Part shown: positions 12,441 through 25,026 of the stretch, piece by piece
How the letters are laid out: the number at the start of each line of letters is the position of its first letter
How positions within the stretch are numbered: the stretch's first letter is position 1
From: Conidiobolus incongruus B7586
Lineage: Eukaryota
Length of the DNA: 32,664 bases
Direction: 5' to 3'
Assembly (NCBI GenBank): GCA_000697335.1
Contig: JNEM01008379.1
Coordinates: 1 to 32,664, forward strand
The notes under the pieces: model-generated
Database searches by the model: none
The model's input: the letters and a program-made list of their open reading frames with translations, nothing else
What the model was told of the DNA's origin: nothing
Position numbers and translations under genes: made by a program

Positions 12441-13365
12441 TAATACTTAAAATTTATTATTCCAAATGAGCTTATATTAAATGAATCTGTTTTTGAGATA
12501 TTAGACTTATTATTTGAGGGTTTGTTTTTAATATAATGAAAACTCTTATATAATGATTTTTTAGTTTAGAAGTTATTTTTTCTTTTGTTGAATTACCATT
12601 AAGTATTAAAGATCAAATTCAGCCTTAATTCTTTTGGAGTTTGTATGATTTTAATTATTTCAGTTTTATCTCAATATCTAAAAATGCTTAATAAGGTTTT
12701 AATTTAATACTTTGGAAATGGAAATCTATTAGAAATTTTGATACCTGAAAAATAGAATAACAACATGATTAAAGCTATATTGTTTGAGTTTAAATAATAT
12801 TATAAAATAACATCCGAGTATTATTATCGCAAGTAATTGTTTATCTAGGCATACCCATATTAATTATATAATCCAGCAGCAATTTATATCAATTAATGGA
12901 ATATATCAGTATTGAATTTGAAAAATGAATTGTTTGTAAATACAGTTAAATACAAATATCATTGTGTGTATTTATAATAGTTAAAACCTTGATGGATAAA
13001 ACATCCTTTAAATGGTATACTCACTAAGATATATTAACTATCCAAAATTTCATTTTATCAAACAAGCCAATTGTGTTATTATGATTAAAATAGCAATATC
13101 TCATCATTTTATAAATCGACTAACAATAAAATAGTCCTTTGTCAAAACAATATAATTTAACAATCAATATATATTGTTATCCAATTTGGTATTGTTTAAT
13201 TAATACATTGTTTAGAAACAAAATGCAAATGATATGATAATTATTAAATAATCTGAAGTAATTTATCAAGGGTTAAATCATAAATTAAAATGTCAAATTA
13301 ATCAAATATTACTCTGGATATAAATATAATATTCTTGAAGAGTATAATTTAATAGCATTAATAAT

Positions 13366-14001
13366 ATGATGGAATTACTGCAGTATTGTGATCAGGAAAA
13401 TTACCTTCAATTGATTCGACATCCTCTGTTACCATCAGTCCTGGATTTGATGAATTTGAAGCATAGCTTGACATTAGGTCAAACGTCTAACTTCATTCCT
13501 AAATTCACTCAGGTTATAAACAATGTATTGGACCAGCTATCAGGAAATGAAAGTAGCATCCATGAACTGGACATCTTCATGCGCCATTTGACTATTGGAT
13601 TAATTGATCAAGTGTGGGAATTGCGATCCATCCATGTCGATTTCAGCTTGCAGCTCGACCACATCTATCCTCAACAATTGAATTCATCTGAAAGTCAATA
13701 TTCAGAAGAGAATTCAATTTCCTCCAACATTCACTTCTCAGATCCTTCATTCGTGAATCATAAACCAAGAAGAAAATCAACGCGCAAAGCGAATCACCCT
13801 CAAGACGTGATTCTTTTATTAAAGGACTGGCTATTGAGTAATAGAGAGAATCCTTATCCAACCACTCAAGAAAAGTTGGAGTTATGCACCAAAACTGGAC
13901 TAACTGTGACTCAGCTGAATGACTGGTTTGTAAATGCACGAAGAAGAATCTTAGGTAGAGTGGGGCAATCTACTAGTCATAACAATGGCTCACCACAGTA
14001 A
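13366..14001 (+). CDS. TALE-class homeodomain transcription factor with an N-terminal MEIS/KNOX (MEINOX)-like region, 211 aa
   Basis: Homeodomain RKANHPQDVILLLKDWLLSNRENPYPTTQEKLELCTKTGLTVTQLNDWFVNARRR has the TALE PYP loop and WFxNARRR helix 3; N-terminal IRHPLLP and ELDIFM blocks; TATAAATA at 13319-13326. Confidence 0.93.
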   Translation: MMELLQYCDQENYLQLIRHPLLPSVLDLMNLKHSLTLGQTSNFIPKFTQVINNVLDQLSGNESSIHELDIFMRHLTIGLIDQVWELRSIHVDFSLQLDHIYPQQLNSSESQYSEENSISSNIHFSDPSFVNHKPRRKSTRKANHPQDVILLLKDWLLSNRENPYPTTQEKLELCTKTGLTVTQLNDWFVNARRRILGRVGQSTSHNNGSPQ

Positions 14002-16243
14002 GCAATAGTTATAATTATCAGTCTAATTTATTACAAAGATTTTTATATCAATTGTCCTTATTAAAATTCTTTCACATTTAAATTCCCTGAATTATTCCAA
14101 TAGTTTCATAAAACTATACTCAATCAATGTTATATATGTATTTCGAAAATTTTAAAGTTCAGAACCGATTAAGTCAATATTCAATAGATTTTTATAATTT
14201 ATAATATTCAAGTTAATATTTAGCTTTATAATATTTATTAATTAATTAAATATAAAAAAAATTATTAAAATTAATATTTAATAAACCATTCAAAAGAAAA
14301 TATAATCAGTATATATTAAAATAATCCAACATATTAATACTTTCGAAATATGTACTTTTTGATGAATTGATATACAAGTCAACAATTTGTAATGGTATAT
14401 TAATAGTACTAATTAATGAACTCATATTATTCACATATTAAGCTATTTACTTGAATTAAATATTACTAAATTTTCAATAAAATTATAATAAATAGATATT
14501 ATTGTTGTTAAAACTAGGTATTGATTAATTACTCTTTATATACTTTAGTTATTAATTTATTACTCCTTAAAATAATTACTATGATAAAAATAATAAAAAC
14601 TGAATGACATACTTTAAATATTTAATGATTTATTAGCATTTTTATTTATCCAGTATAATATGTAACCTATCAAATATTTTTTTTGATAATATTATAATCC
14701 AAAAAGGTTGAAAACTTAATTTATAAAATTATATAAAAAGCTTTAATAACTAAAGATATATATCAAATATGATATCACATGATAACAACGCAATGATGCT
14801 AATGATAAATATAATTTATTAAATATACTGACATTTTATTATGTATTTTATTAAGATTAATAATCTAATAAATTATTTTTGGATTATTATTAATATTCAT
14901 AAAAAATGAAACTCTAATCTGATCTCAAGGATATTTGTATATTTCATTTTTATAAATTCAGACTCCAGCAAACAAGCAACATCAAATAGAATTTTCAAAT
15001 ATAATTACCAATATCATTAATGTTAATAGAAAGAAATAGTTTTTTAAACTAATATTCGCTAACATAATTGATACTAGTTAATTAAACTAGTATCTAATAT
15101 TGTATTTATTGTAGAAAATATTTAAGAGTGAAAATTCAAAGTCATCAATACTATCAGTTATATTTCATTATATAGTTAATCTGATAAATTTTTTGATACA
15201 TAAATCTACTGTTGGGTGAATACTCTTAAACCTACAATATATTTCATGCAATGAAGTATTAGCTATTTTCCAAAATATATATATATTTACTTAGTTGTCT
15301 AACATGAAAACAGCAGCATATTATACTTTAAAAAACAATTAATAAAAACTATATCAATTTTTATAATACTAAGATTATTTATTTAAAAAGATTCAATATG
15401 AAACAATATTTCTCACTAGATATAAAAAATGTAATTTATTCATCTCAATATAAGAATAATTGAAGAAAAAAAATCATGTTAAATTATTAAAAATATATTC
15501 ATATAAAATTTCACAAAATCAATTCAAAGTATCAAACAAAACTAAATTTAATATAAAATTATTAAAATATTAAATATACATATTCAAATATTTTATAAAA
15601 AAAATAGTAAAAAATTGAATTAAAATAATAAATCTTCGCACAATGAATAAATGAAAGTATAAAAACTCAACAGGGAAATTTTGGAAACAAAGGTTAAAAC
15701 TATTGGATTAAGAAAGTTAATTAAAGAATATATCTCATCATTTTCTTTAATATATTATAATTAAATATCTCTATCAATATTGTATATTAAATATTAAACA
15801 ACTTCATTTATACTTAGATATCAAAGAATACTGATAAAACTAGCTAAATTGCTCCTATACCAATCTAATTTTTAAACAAATATACTAAAAACATGATTAA
15901 AATTACGATGTAAAATATTAAAAAATCCAAAATTAATGTATCTTTTTATTAAAATTTAATGCAAAATTAAAAGTCTATATTTTGAAAAAAAAATCATTAT
16001 TATAATATTCTTAATTATCAAAATCTTCAAATTTGATTGATTTATTTTCATATGCATCTTCGTGTTTATAAAAATCCATGAGAATATAGATTTTTTTCGC
16101 GTTTTAATAAAAAATAACTTATAATTGTTAAAATATTATTGGATGGTCTTAATAGTACTCCATAATTCCGTGTTGATTTAAGGGTTAACTTGGATAGAAT
16201 AAATAGGTTTAGATTACGTATTATTGAAATAAAGATTATTGCA

Positions 16244-16361
16244 TTGATTGGATATACAATCATCATTCAATTTCAATCAAGCCAATCATATTCCTTATTG
16301 AAGGATAAAAATGAAGTTTGAGTTTGATGTAATCAATTCGAAATTCCACGTCATATAAATA
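16244..16361 (+). promoter_or_regulatory. Candidate core promoter of the 16491 gene: two CCAAT boxes, a CRE/ATF-like site and a TATA box
   Basis: TGATTGG near 16245-16251 (reverse CCAATCA), AGCCAATCA 16280-16288, CCACGTCA 16346-16353 directly followed by TATAAATA 16354-16361, about 130 nt upstream of the ATG. Motif match only. Confidence 0.4.
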
Positions 16362-16490
16362 GAATCCATCCCTATCTATCACTCTCAATCTAAATTATAT
16401 TGATTAAATATCCAACCTTGTACACCCAAACACTAGCATTCTAAACACAAATTTACAAGCACCGTTCCTTAACTAGCTGTTTTTATTATC

Positions 16491-18408
16491 ATGGTAAGTA
16501 ATCTCTATCATTAAATATATGCATTTTGCCAATTTATTGGAATAGACTCTAGTAACTCTAAGAAGATATGCCGTATATGGCGCAGGTATCTATATTTTAT
16601 ACACATTGGTAGCTACATGTCCAGATCTTGATCATTCCACCCACGACCGCGATGTTGATCACTATATTTGCGATGCAGCCGATTATTTACACGATTTATT
16701 TTCTGGGAATCGCCACTATGAAAAGCATTTTGTTCCACTCTCTAAAGATGTTCGTGCCAAATATCATATTCATGTCAAACCTTATGTGATGCAAACCAAA
16801 GAAAAGTACCTTAAACATGCTCATCCTATCGTTTTAAAAAATGTTGACAAGATTCAAAAACTATCCTCTCCTATTTTCCAACAAGTTTTGGACCAATACA
16901 ACCAACACCTTGATCCCCATATCCAAAAGCTCACTACTCAAGCTAACGAGAACTACAATGTTCACTTGAAGCATCATGTAGATAAATATTACAAAATTTC
17001 TGAGAAGATATACTGGAATCAAGTCCACCCTCAATTAAATACTCTTCATAAGCATTCTAAGCATCATGTCAAGCATACTGTTTTACCTGTTCTCTCTGAC
17101 GGAGCCGATCATCTCTATGTTGTTTGCCAAGAGCATGTTATTCCTCATATCTATAAAGCTCAAGAATATTACAAAAACCATTACCATCCACATGTAGAGA
17201 AGTATTATAAGGAATATATTCAAAACTTTTTTGATGAGAATGCTGGAAATGACAAATCTCAGCAATCTGGAGTATATCACTATGCCAAGTCTGCTTATCA
17301 CAATGTCAAGTCCAATATTCAAAATGTCGCTAGTCAATATACTTTTTTGAGTACTCCTAACGAAGCTGAAGATATCCTTGTTCCTCCCTCCAAGTATATT
17401 CCATCTCTCACTGATGACATCAAGCATGGTTTCAGCACTGCTTCTGAGAATGTTGAGTCTTTAACTGAAGAAGCTAAGAATTATGCCTCAGAGGCTGCAA
17501 CCCATGCTTCCACAGTCGCCTCTGAATATGTTGATGATGCTACCGTCACCACCAGATCTATCAAAAAGAAGATCCATTCCAAGGCGTCTTCACTTGCTAA
17601 ATCTGCCTCCTCATCTGTCGAAAAAGCTACTCAAGCAGCCGAAAAACTAACCAAACAAGCCAAGGAATCTGCTGCTAGTGCTGAATCCAAGGTTGAGGAT
17701 GCTTACTCTAAGGCTAGTACTACCATCCAATCTCAAGCTTCTGAAGCTTCTGAATCTGCTAGCTCTAAAATCAAGAAGGGTAAGAAGAAAGCCGCCGATA
17801 ATGTCAAAACTGCTAAGGATAAGGCCCAAGACTCATATGAATCTATTTCATCTACTGTATCTTCCAAAGTTTCCAAAGCTACTGAAAAGATTCATGACAA
17901 CTATGATGATATCAAAAACATTGCTCAGGATAACTACAATTCAGTTTCCGATGCTGCCAAATCCCAAGCCAGCAAAATCAAAGAAGATGCCCAAAAAATC
18001 TACCAAGATGCTAAAGAAAAAGTAGAAGCAGCTGCTGAAGCCACTAAGCCCATCAAATCTAAAGTAGAGAAGGTCAAAGAAGCTGCCAAGTCCCAAGCCG
18101 ATAATGTTAAGGAAGATGCTCAAAAGATCTATCAAGATGCCAAAGAAAAAGTAGAAACACCTGCTGAAGCTACTAAACCCATCAAATCCAAAGTAGAGAA
18201 GGCCAAAGAAGCTGCTCAAAGTGTCGAAAAGGAAGCTAAGAAAAAGGCCTCTGATGCTAGTGAAAAGGTCAAGGAAAACTTGTCTAAAGCTAAACAAAGT
18301 TTTGATGAGAATGTCAAAGAACCTGTGAGAAATGTCGCTCAAAATTTTAGACAGAAAGTGATTCAAGCTGACTCTGAGAACTTGGAAGATAAAGTATCTC
18401 AAGAATAA
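16491..18408 (+). CDS. Membrane-anchored helical protein, probably She10/Osw7-like; exon 1 is the ATG alone (16491-16493), exon 2 is 16546-18408; 621 aa
   Basis: ATG|GTAAGT...AATAG (52-nt intron) splices in frame to give MTLVTLRRYAVYGAGIYILYTLVATCP (signal anchor). This is followed by a CP...IC pair, a His/Tyr-rich region with periodic Y..H..P motifs, and an Ala/Ser/Lys/Glu-rich LEA-like tail. The coding region is certain; the family assignment is by resemblance only. Confidence 0.6.
17953..18210 (+). repeat. In-frame tandem duplication, 2 x 129 nt (43 aa)
   Basis: AAKSQASKIKEDAQKIYQDAKEKVEAAAEATKPIKSKVEKVKE / AAKSQADNVKEDAQKIYQDAKEKVETPAEATKPIKSKVEKAKE; units start at 17953 and 18082. Confidence 0.95.
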
Positions 18409-19472
18409 TTAAGCCAACCATACCATTTTTAATTTTGATTATGTCACAAATAATGTAATCTTTGTTATTATTACCAGTAAATAAAATTTAATTCAATCTT
18501 ATATATTGTTTCTTATAATCATTCCCCTTGTTCAATATATTTTATAAAATCTAAGTTTAGTTCTAATTCCTTGCAAGCTCCTCATCATTTTTAACCAATT
18601 AATATTTTACTTAAACTTATATAATCATAGACTCCTTGGATGTTTTTGAGGTTTAAACTGTAATATATACTTTTTGGTATCTTATTATTCCACAAATTAA
18701 AATATCGATCTTTTGCAAATTATCAATTAGCATTTTTTTTATTCATTCTCTATCTAAAATTTTAATACAGGTATTAGACATATTAATTTAAGCTTATGAT
18801 ATAATTATTATAAAAATATAATCATAGAAAAAATAAAATTTGAAATTATTAATATTCATCTTGTTGGTGAGTTGAACAAATGAATAATATATCATAAATG
18901 GTTTATTTTGTCAATTAAAATCGTTATTAGAATTCAATATTCGGAATTTGTTCCCCTGTATTTTGAGTATGCCTAATCTAGTAATATCAAATATTTACTT
19001 TAATTTTTGATTATTTTAAGTTTGATTAACACTAATTAAAAAATAATACTATTAATTATTATAAATATATTGAAATAACAGTGCTAGATAATAGAAATAA
19101 CATATCTATTTTTTATATTATATATACCTGTTAATTGAAATCAAAATTTTATTTTATTTATAAAAATACAATAGTGTAAAAATTCGTTTATTGACATTGA
19201 ATTTATCAGTTTAAAACATTTATTTAGTCAACTTGAATAATAGAATTATCCCATATTAATATTCGAAAAAGTATTATTAATACATGCTAATGAAATGTTT
19301 AACCCTTGACTTTTTTCAAAAGAAAAGGCCCATTAACTATTTTATTTCATTCATATTCATCACCAATCATTTAATAAATACTATTAATCACGATTAACTA
19401 TCAAAAATCTATTGGATACATATAACTCTATCTTCATTCAAAAATAGATCATTTTAATTCTATTAAATAATT

Positions 19473-20585
19473 ATGAATAACTCTCGTCAAATACCTTTAA
19501 CATGTTCTGGTCATTCTAGACCTGTAGTTCAAATTCAAATGTCCCCCTTTGTTGAAAATAATCAATATTATTTGATTTCTGCTTGTAAAGGTACTCTTTT
19601 TAATAAAATCTAATTGTAAATATTTTAATATTTTAATTTCAAGATGGCTTTCCTATGCTAAGAGAAGGAAGTACTGGCGATTGGATAGGTACATTTTTAG
19701 GTCATAAAGGCGCTGTTTGGTCTGCTAAGCTGGATATTACTACTAATTTAGCGGTTACTGCCTCTGCTGACTTTTCTACGTAAGGATTAGATATTACTAA
19801 TATATTTATAACGAAAAATTTTAATAGATTTCTTCAATAGAAAAATTTGGGATGCTGTTTCCGGAGAATGTAGGCAAACTTTACCTCATTCTCATATTGT
19901 GAGATCAGCAGATTTTAATCAGCAAGGGACTCATGTGATAACAGGAGGACAAGAAAAAATTTTAAGGATTTTTGATATTAACTATAATGAGTCACCTATA
20001 GTTCAATATCAACCACTATCAGCAACTATTAAATCATTAATATGGGATAAATATCGCAACATTATATTCTCATCAGGAGAGGAGAATATAATTAGAGTAT
20101 GGGATCCTAGATCCAATACTCAAATCTCTGAAATTCAAGCTTCTGCTAACGTAACCAATATGGAGCTATCGTTAGACCATTCTATTTTGTCTTTCACTTC
20201 AGGCAAAAAAGTTGAATTCTGGGATCCTCTCCGCCTTACCCCAATTAAAGATTTTACCTTGGATTTTGAAGCTTCTTGTGTATCAATGAATCCTGTATAT
20301 AAATCCAGATTTGTAGTAGGAGCTGTCAACGATCTATGGGTTAGGTCATTTGACTTTACAACCGGCCAGGTACAACAACTTTACAAAGGACACCATGGAC
20401 CAGTTCACTCTATTAGCCATTCTCCTGATGGTGAGATTTACGCAACAGGATCTGAAGATGGCACAATACGATTATGGCAAACGAATTCTGATACCCCTTA
20501 TGGCCTCTGGCAATATTCAAAACTCAAAGAATCCAACTCCCCCAACTTGATTATTGAAGGCCAAATTGAACTTATCCAATCTTAA
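19473..20585 (+). CDS. STRAP: WD40 protein STRAP/UNRIP (serine-threonine kinase receptor-associated protein); exons 19473-19590, 19644-19779, 19841-20585; 332 aa
   Basis: Spliced N-terminus [15 protein letters not shown]...[34 protein letters not shown]...[13 protein letters not shown] is the STRAP signature; C-terminal [34 protein letters not shown]...YGLW; introns of 53 and 61 nt. Confidence 0.95.
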
Positions 20586-21919
20586 TTCATGCTATAAACT
20601 CAACGAATGTTCTGTCTGGTCTAATCTTTTGTATTAAGTATTTTTTAATTTAATATGCTGTAATATCTATTTATGCATCACTCATATTAGAAATTTTTAT
20701 TTTAATCACACTCACACTGTTTACTATAAGTTTAAGAATATTCTATAACCATATATAAAATATTATGTTAAGACATTTACAATATGTGATATATTTTCAT
20801 CCAATTTTAATCAAACAACATTTTAAATGTAAATATTCCTATACATTTTAAAAAAATTTTTGATTAAATAAAAAATTATTCAATTTTATAAACAATTATC
20901 ATTGAGTATAACTATATAAAGAAAAACAAAATCGATATCTTTTTAATGACTGATATCCAATAAGCTATACAAATTATATAAATTGTTTTCACGGTTTATA
21001 TTATTAATAAATATTTACAATTTTAATTAATTAGTTATTAGATTAAAAATTGTAATAATATTATATTTAAAATTATACTATTAAATATCAATATATTTAC
21101 TCAGAAAAATTACTAATAAATATATTTATTATAATATAACCATACCTTTTTAAGTACGCTCGTATATGAAACTTTATAACAAATTAAAAATTCTGATTAA
21201 TAATTAATGAATTATTGATAAAAGAAACTTGAAAATATAAGTTTAAAGACAATTATATATAATATTTACTTAGTTAAATAGATTGATAGGAATTGATCCT
21301 TATAAATATAAATTTTGATAACTCAACATGCCAATCATATTATATCATGCCAATATTATTTATATAATATAATATTCTGTCAGATTGATTTATATTTATA
21401 GGTTTGATAAATTAATTTTTTCAATATTAATTTTTAAATTAGAAAATAATTTTTGCTTATATCTTATTTGATAAATATCCAATTATCAAACTTCACAATA
21501 TTACCTGAGATATTAATTCTTCAATTTATAAATACACGGTGATCAAGTATGGAATATATCAAAATATTATTATTATTATTATCCAATATTAGCTCTTTAT
21601 ACACTTAGACTTAACTAGTGTATTACAAATAATGGAAAATAATCCTAAATTAATTGTGATTTGTTCAAATTCAAGAAATTGGTGATTAAATTGAATTTTA
21701 TAAAATACCCTCATTTCTTTAATTTGAATTTAATCAATTAATAACACTAAGCTTTAATAATATCAATTACTCAATATTGGTTATAACTAATAAATATATA
21801 TGATATAATCAATATTTTTGTTACTAGACCATTATATTATAAAATTACAATTCTTATTCAGCTAAATAAGGTTGTTTCTTACATAAACTTACCTCTCAGC
21901 TATATCTTGAATTCACAAT

Positions 21920-22668
21920 ATGAGTAACTCGACTGAAATTTATATAGTACCAGAGCAGTTTTATGAGCTAGACCAGAGCCACTTGGTACGTCTCGTTGGT
22001 AAGATAGGCCTTGATATATTTTGGGTACTTGGCAATGATTTTATTTTTAGTTTATTTCACCAAATACTGCTATTTCTTCAACATTTATATTATTGTTATT
22101 AACCATGGTTTATTTTGATTTAGCTGATATGCTCACTAGGCTAATAGAACATAACGATCGAATACCCTGGAAACCTGATTCAATCACAAGATTTCACTCT
22201 CGCTCCCCTCCTGGCATATCTGTATATGATTATTTACAGAGAATTGTAAAATATACACCGGTGGAAAAAGCTGTCCTAATTGTTATTCTAATATATATAG
22301 ATAGGGTATGTGCTAAACATCCTAATTTTATAATATCTTCCTTAACTCTACATCGATATCTGATCACTGCTGTAACGGTTGGATCTAAGGCGTTATGCGA
22401 CTCATATTGCACAAATTCACACTATGCTAAAGTGGGAGGAGTTTCCACCATGGAACTTAACCTTTTGGAGCTTGAATTTACTTTTTATATGGAATGGGAT
22501 CTCATAGTATCAGGAGAGATTATTCAAACATACTACACCAACTTGGTAAGGGAGCATCCTAGCTACCAGTTCTCATCTTCTGATCCTCCAACAGTATCAG
22601 ATCAATCTCTTGATGACCTTAACGAATATCAAATTAATAACAATAATGCTTCAAATTTTTCTAATTGA
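21920..22668 (+). CDS. PHO80: Pho80/PREG-type cyclin (Pho85 partner); exons 21920-21998 and 22124-22668; 207 aa
   Basis: TRFHSRSPPGISVYDYLQRI, LIYIDRVC and SSLTLHRYLITAVTVGSKALCDSYCTNSHYAKVGGVSTMELNLLELEF; a 125-nt GTAAGA...TTTAG intron joins the two ORF-track fragments in frame. Confidence 0.9.
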
Positions 22669-22951
22669 TAAATAATATTTAAACTACACTCAATTCTTTA
22701 TCTTTTCATTCAACTCTATTCAGGTTATATCTTGAACAACGTTTTTTTTTTGAAAAATTCTTGTTTCTGAATATACAATATATTAATAATTCTCTTAATT
22801 TAATACCTCTCTTTATCTTTAGACATTATTATTACATTATATTTTATAACATATGGAGTATAATTTTCAAGTATAAATAATAATATTGTATCATATAAAA
22901 TCTTTATTATAGTAGATCATATAGTATATATCTAATATCAAGTGATATCAG

Positions 22952-23763
22952 CTATACTAAAGCAGAAAAGGTTGGAGTAGTAGGTGTAATACATAAATTT
23001 GAAAATCCCCCTTGTAGCTCAAGTGAATTAATTGCTTTTGTTTGTCTATAAACATTCTCGCAGTACTCCCCATACCGCCCACTATTATCAATGTAGCCCA
23101 TTGAATTCGTGTATTTGTCCCATAAGAACATATCCAACTGCTCCAAAATCTCTGGCTTATTTTCATATACCAACAAACTAATGTCGTCAAATATTTCCTT
23201 CCAAGACCAATTCAAATGAGAGTCAGCGATCAGCTTGCTCAGTACATACATATACAACACATCGTCGTTGATCATTCCGCGAAGTTCACTCAAACACTTA
23301 AAACTTAAGCCAAGCTTATATTTGACCTCCAATTCAGAGAACAAGCATTCAATGTTAAGCCTTATTTCATGTGTCAATGGATTCATCATAGCGTTCAAAA
23401 TTTCAATTACCTGGCTATGGGTCGCAATGGGATTTCCAAATTACAACCCTTCAACACACTTGTACCAGTATAAATCCTTTTTTTTCATATTTCTCTAAGT
23501 CGCCATAAAAACTCCAATGAATCCCAAAACTGAGAAATAGCATGTTTTACATTTTTGCACTCTTTTAGATCTTGGAATAATTCATCAAAACTCCTTTTCA
23601 TATCTTCCATATTAAGATCTAATTCAAATTCAAAGTCTTCTTGAGAAGGAGAGGTTAATGCAGATAATAGTTTAATAGTCAGTTCAGATGAGCAATATTC
23701 ATAAGAGAAGAGTTATAGTTCAATTGCTTTAAAAGTGACTGTATTAATATGAGAAAATTCCAT
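22952..23763 (-). pseudogene. Disrupted orphan gene (reconstructed about 269 aa, no recognised family); the 3' 148 codons remain open
   Basis: Coding-like sequence runs from ATG 23763 into ORF 22952-23398 but is broken by TAA at 23715-23713 and 23443-23441 and by apparent +1 indels in homopolymers at 23507-23511 and 23478-23485. Confidence 0.6.
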
Positions 23764-25026
23764 TACAATATTACGTAAATAGTTAATTAGAATTCTTAGT
23801 TATTTCTAAACTTGAAGCATTTAACCTATTCTCATTTGATAATTATATAATTCATAAGTCAAATATGTGCATTCAACTAATGATACCTAATAAATTTGTT
23901 AAAAATATTATAAATCGATCTCTAAGCATTCATATTTTCATAGTCCTACCAACTATTTTCAAGAGGAAATACACTAATTGTCATTCTTATTCACCAATAT
24001 TTGTTAAAATCGAACTTTAAGTATTACCATTTATCCACTTAATAAATGTCATATATTCAGCTATAATTATATTCTTCGTTTTATAATTAGATACTGGAAA
24101 ATTATTAAAGTGAGCCATTTAATATTTAATTCCTATTAATCAATCTCATTTAGTTTTAATTTGAAAATTCTAATCATATACTCAATATACTTTAATTAAT
24201 CAGTAAACGCTAAATGATGATTAGTATGATAATTGATATAAGTTTAATATCATTATTTGAGGATTTTTTTTAATTTTTCCATAATAAATATAACTTCAAA
24301 ATATACCTCAAAAGCCAATTGAGTAATATTGTAAATATTCGATCAAATCGAATTTGGGCACATTTATTTATCTTGCCTTCAATAAATCAAAGTTCTCAAA
24401 TGAAATAGCTTGACACAATATATTTTATTCAAGTAAAATTTTTTTCAATTGAAATAAATAAAACTAAGCTTCAAGTTCATATAAATGAGACATTGTTGGA
24501 TATGTTTTATATTTAATACATTGATTGTTTATATAATTGAAATAAATTAATTCAAAATATATGATATTCAATTACAGCTAAGATTTGAATTATCAAGAAA
24601 TGCCTTTCATATCAAATATCAAATCCAATTCTGGTTTGAGTTAAGATTATGAAAATAAAATGGAAAATATTATCATAATTAACTAAAAATCTCGAAATTT
24701 GAGATCAAGTTTATCTGTTGATATACTATAAAAAACTGGAATATATTGACACAAAATACCATATTTAGGTTAATTTAATATTTAAAATTTTGGCAGTTAT
24801 ACCAAATCACAATAAAAATTTTAAGACATTATATCTTAATAAATTGATAAATGTAATTTTGAAACGATCCCATAATCTAATAAAATTAATTTTCCTACTT
24901 AATTTTATTTTGACAGTCTTGATTATTTTATGAAATACATTTTAAAAGTAAATATTATTTTTACTACATTCATAAAGTAATTAATATAAGCTAACAGTAA
25001 TTAAATATTTATCTTTAATTGCTAAG

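Noticed and set aside
13366..14001. Idea that the homeobox gene marks a mating-type locus
   Set aside because: No divergent HD2 partner, HMG gene, pheromone/receptor gene or known MAT-flanking gene in the window; nearby transposon relics alone are insufficient.
15210..15303. TGTTGG...CTAACA segment resembling LTR ends
   Set aside because: Only about 95 bp and no target-site duplication.
16066..16266. 66-aa minus-strand ORF
   Set aside because: Ile/Leu/Asn/Lys-rich product of AT-rich promoter DNA; no motif.
23441..23715. TAA-to-Gln reassignment as an explanation for the in-frame stops
   Set aside because: TAA is the normal terminator of PLP2, the Con7-like gene, ADE2, the homeobox gene and STRAP in this same window.
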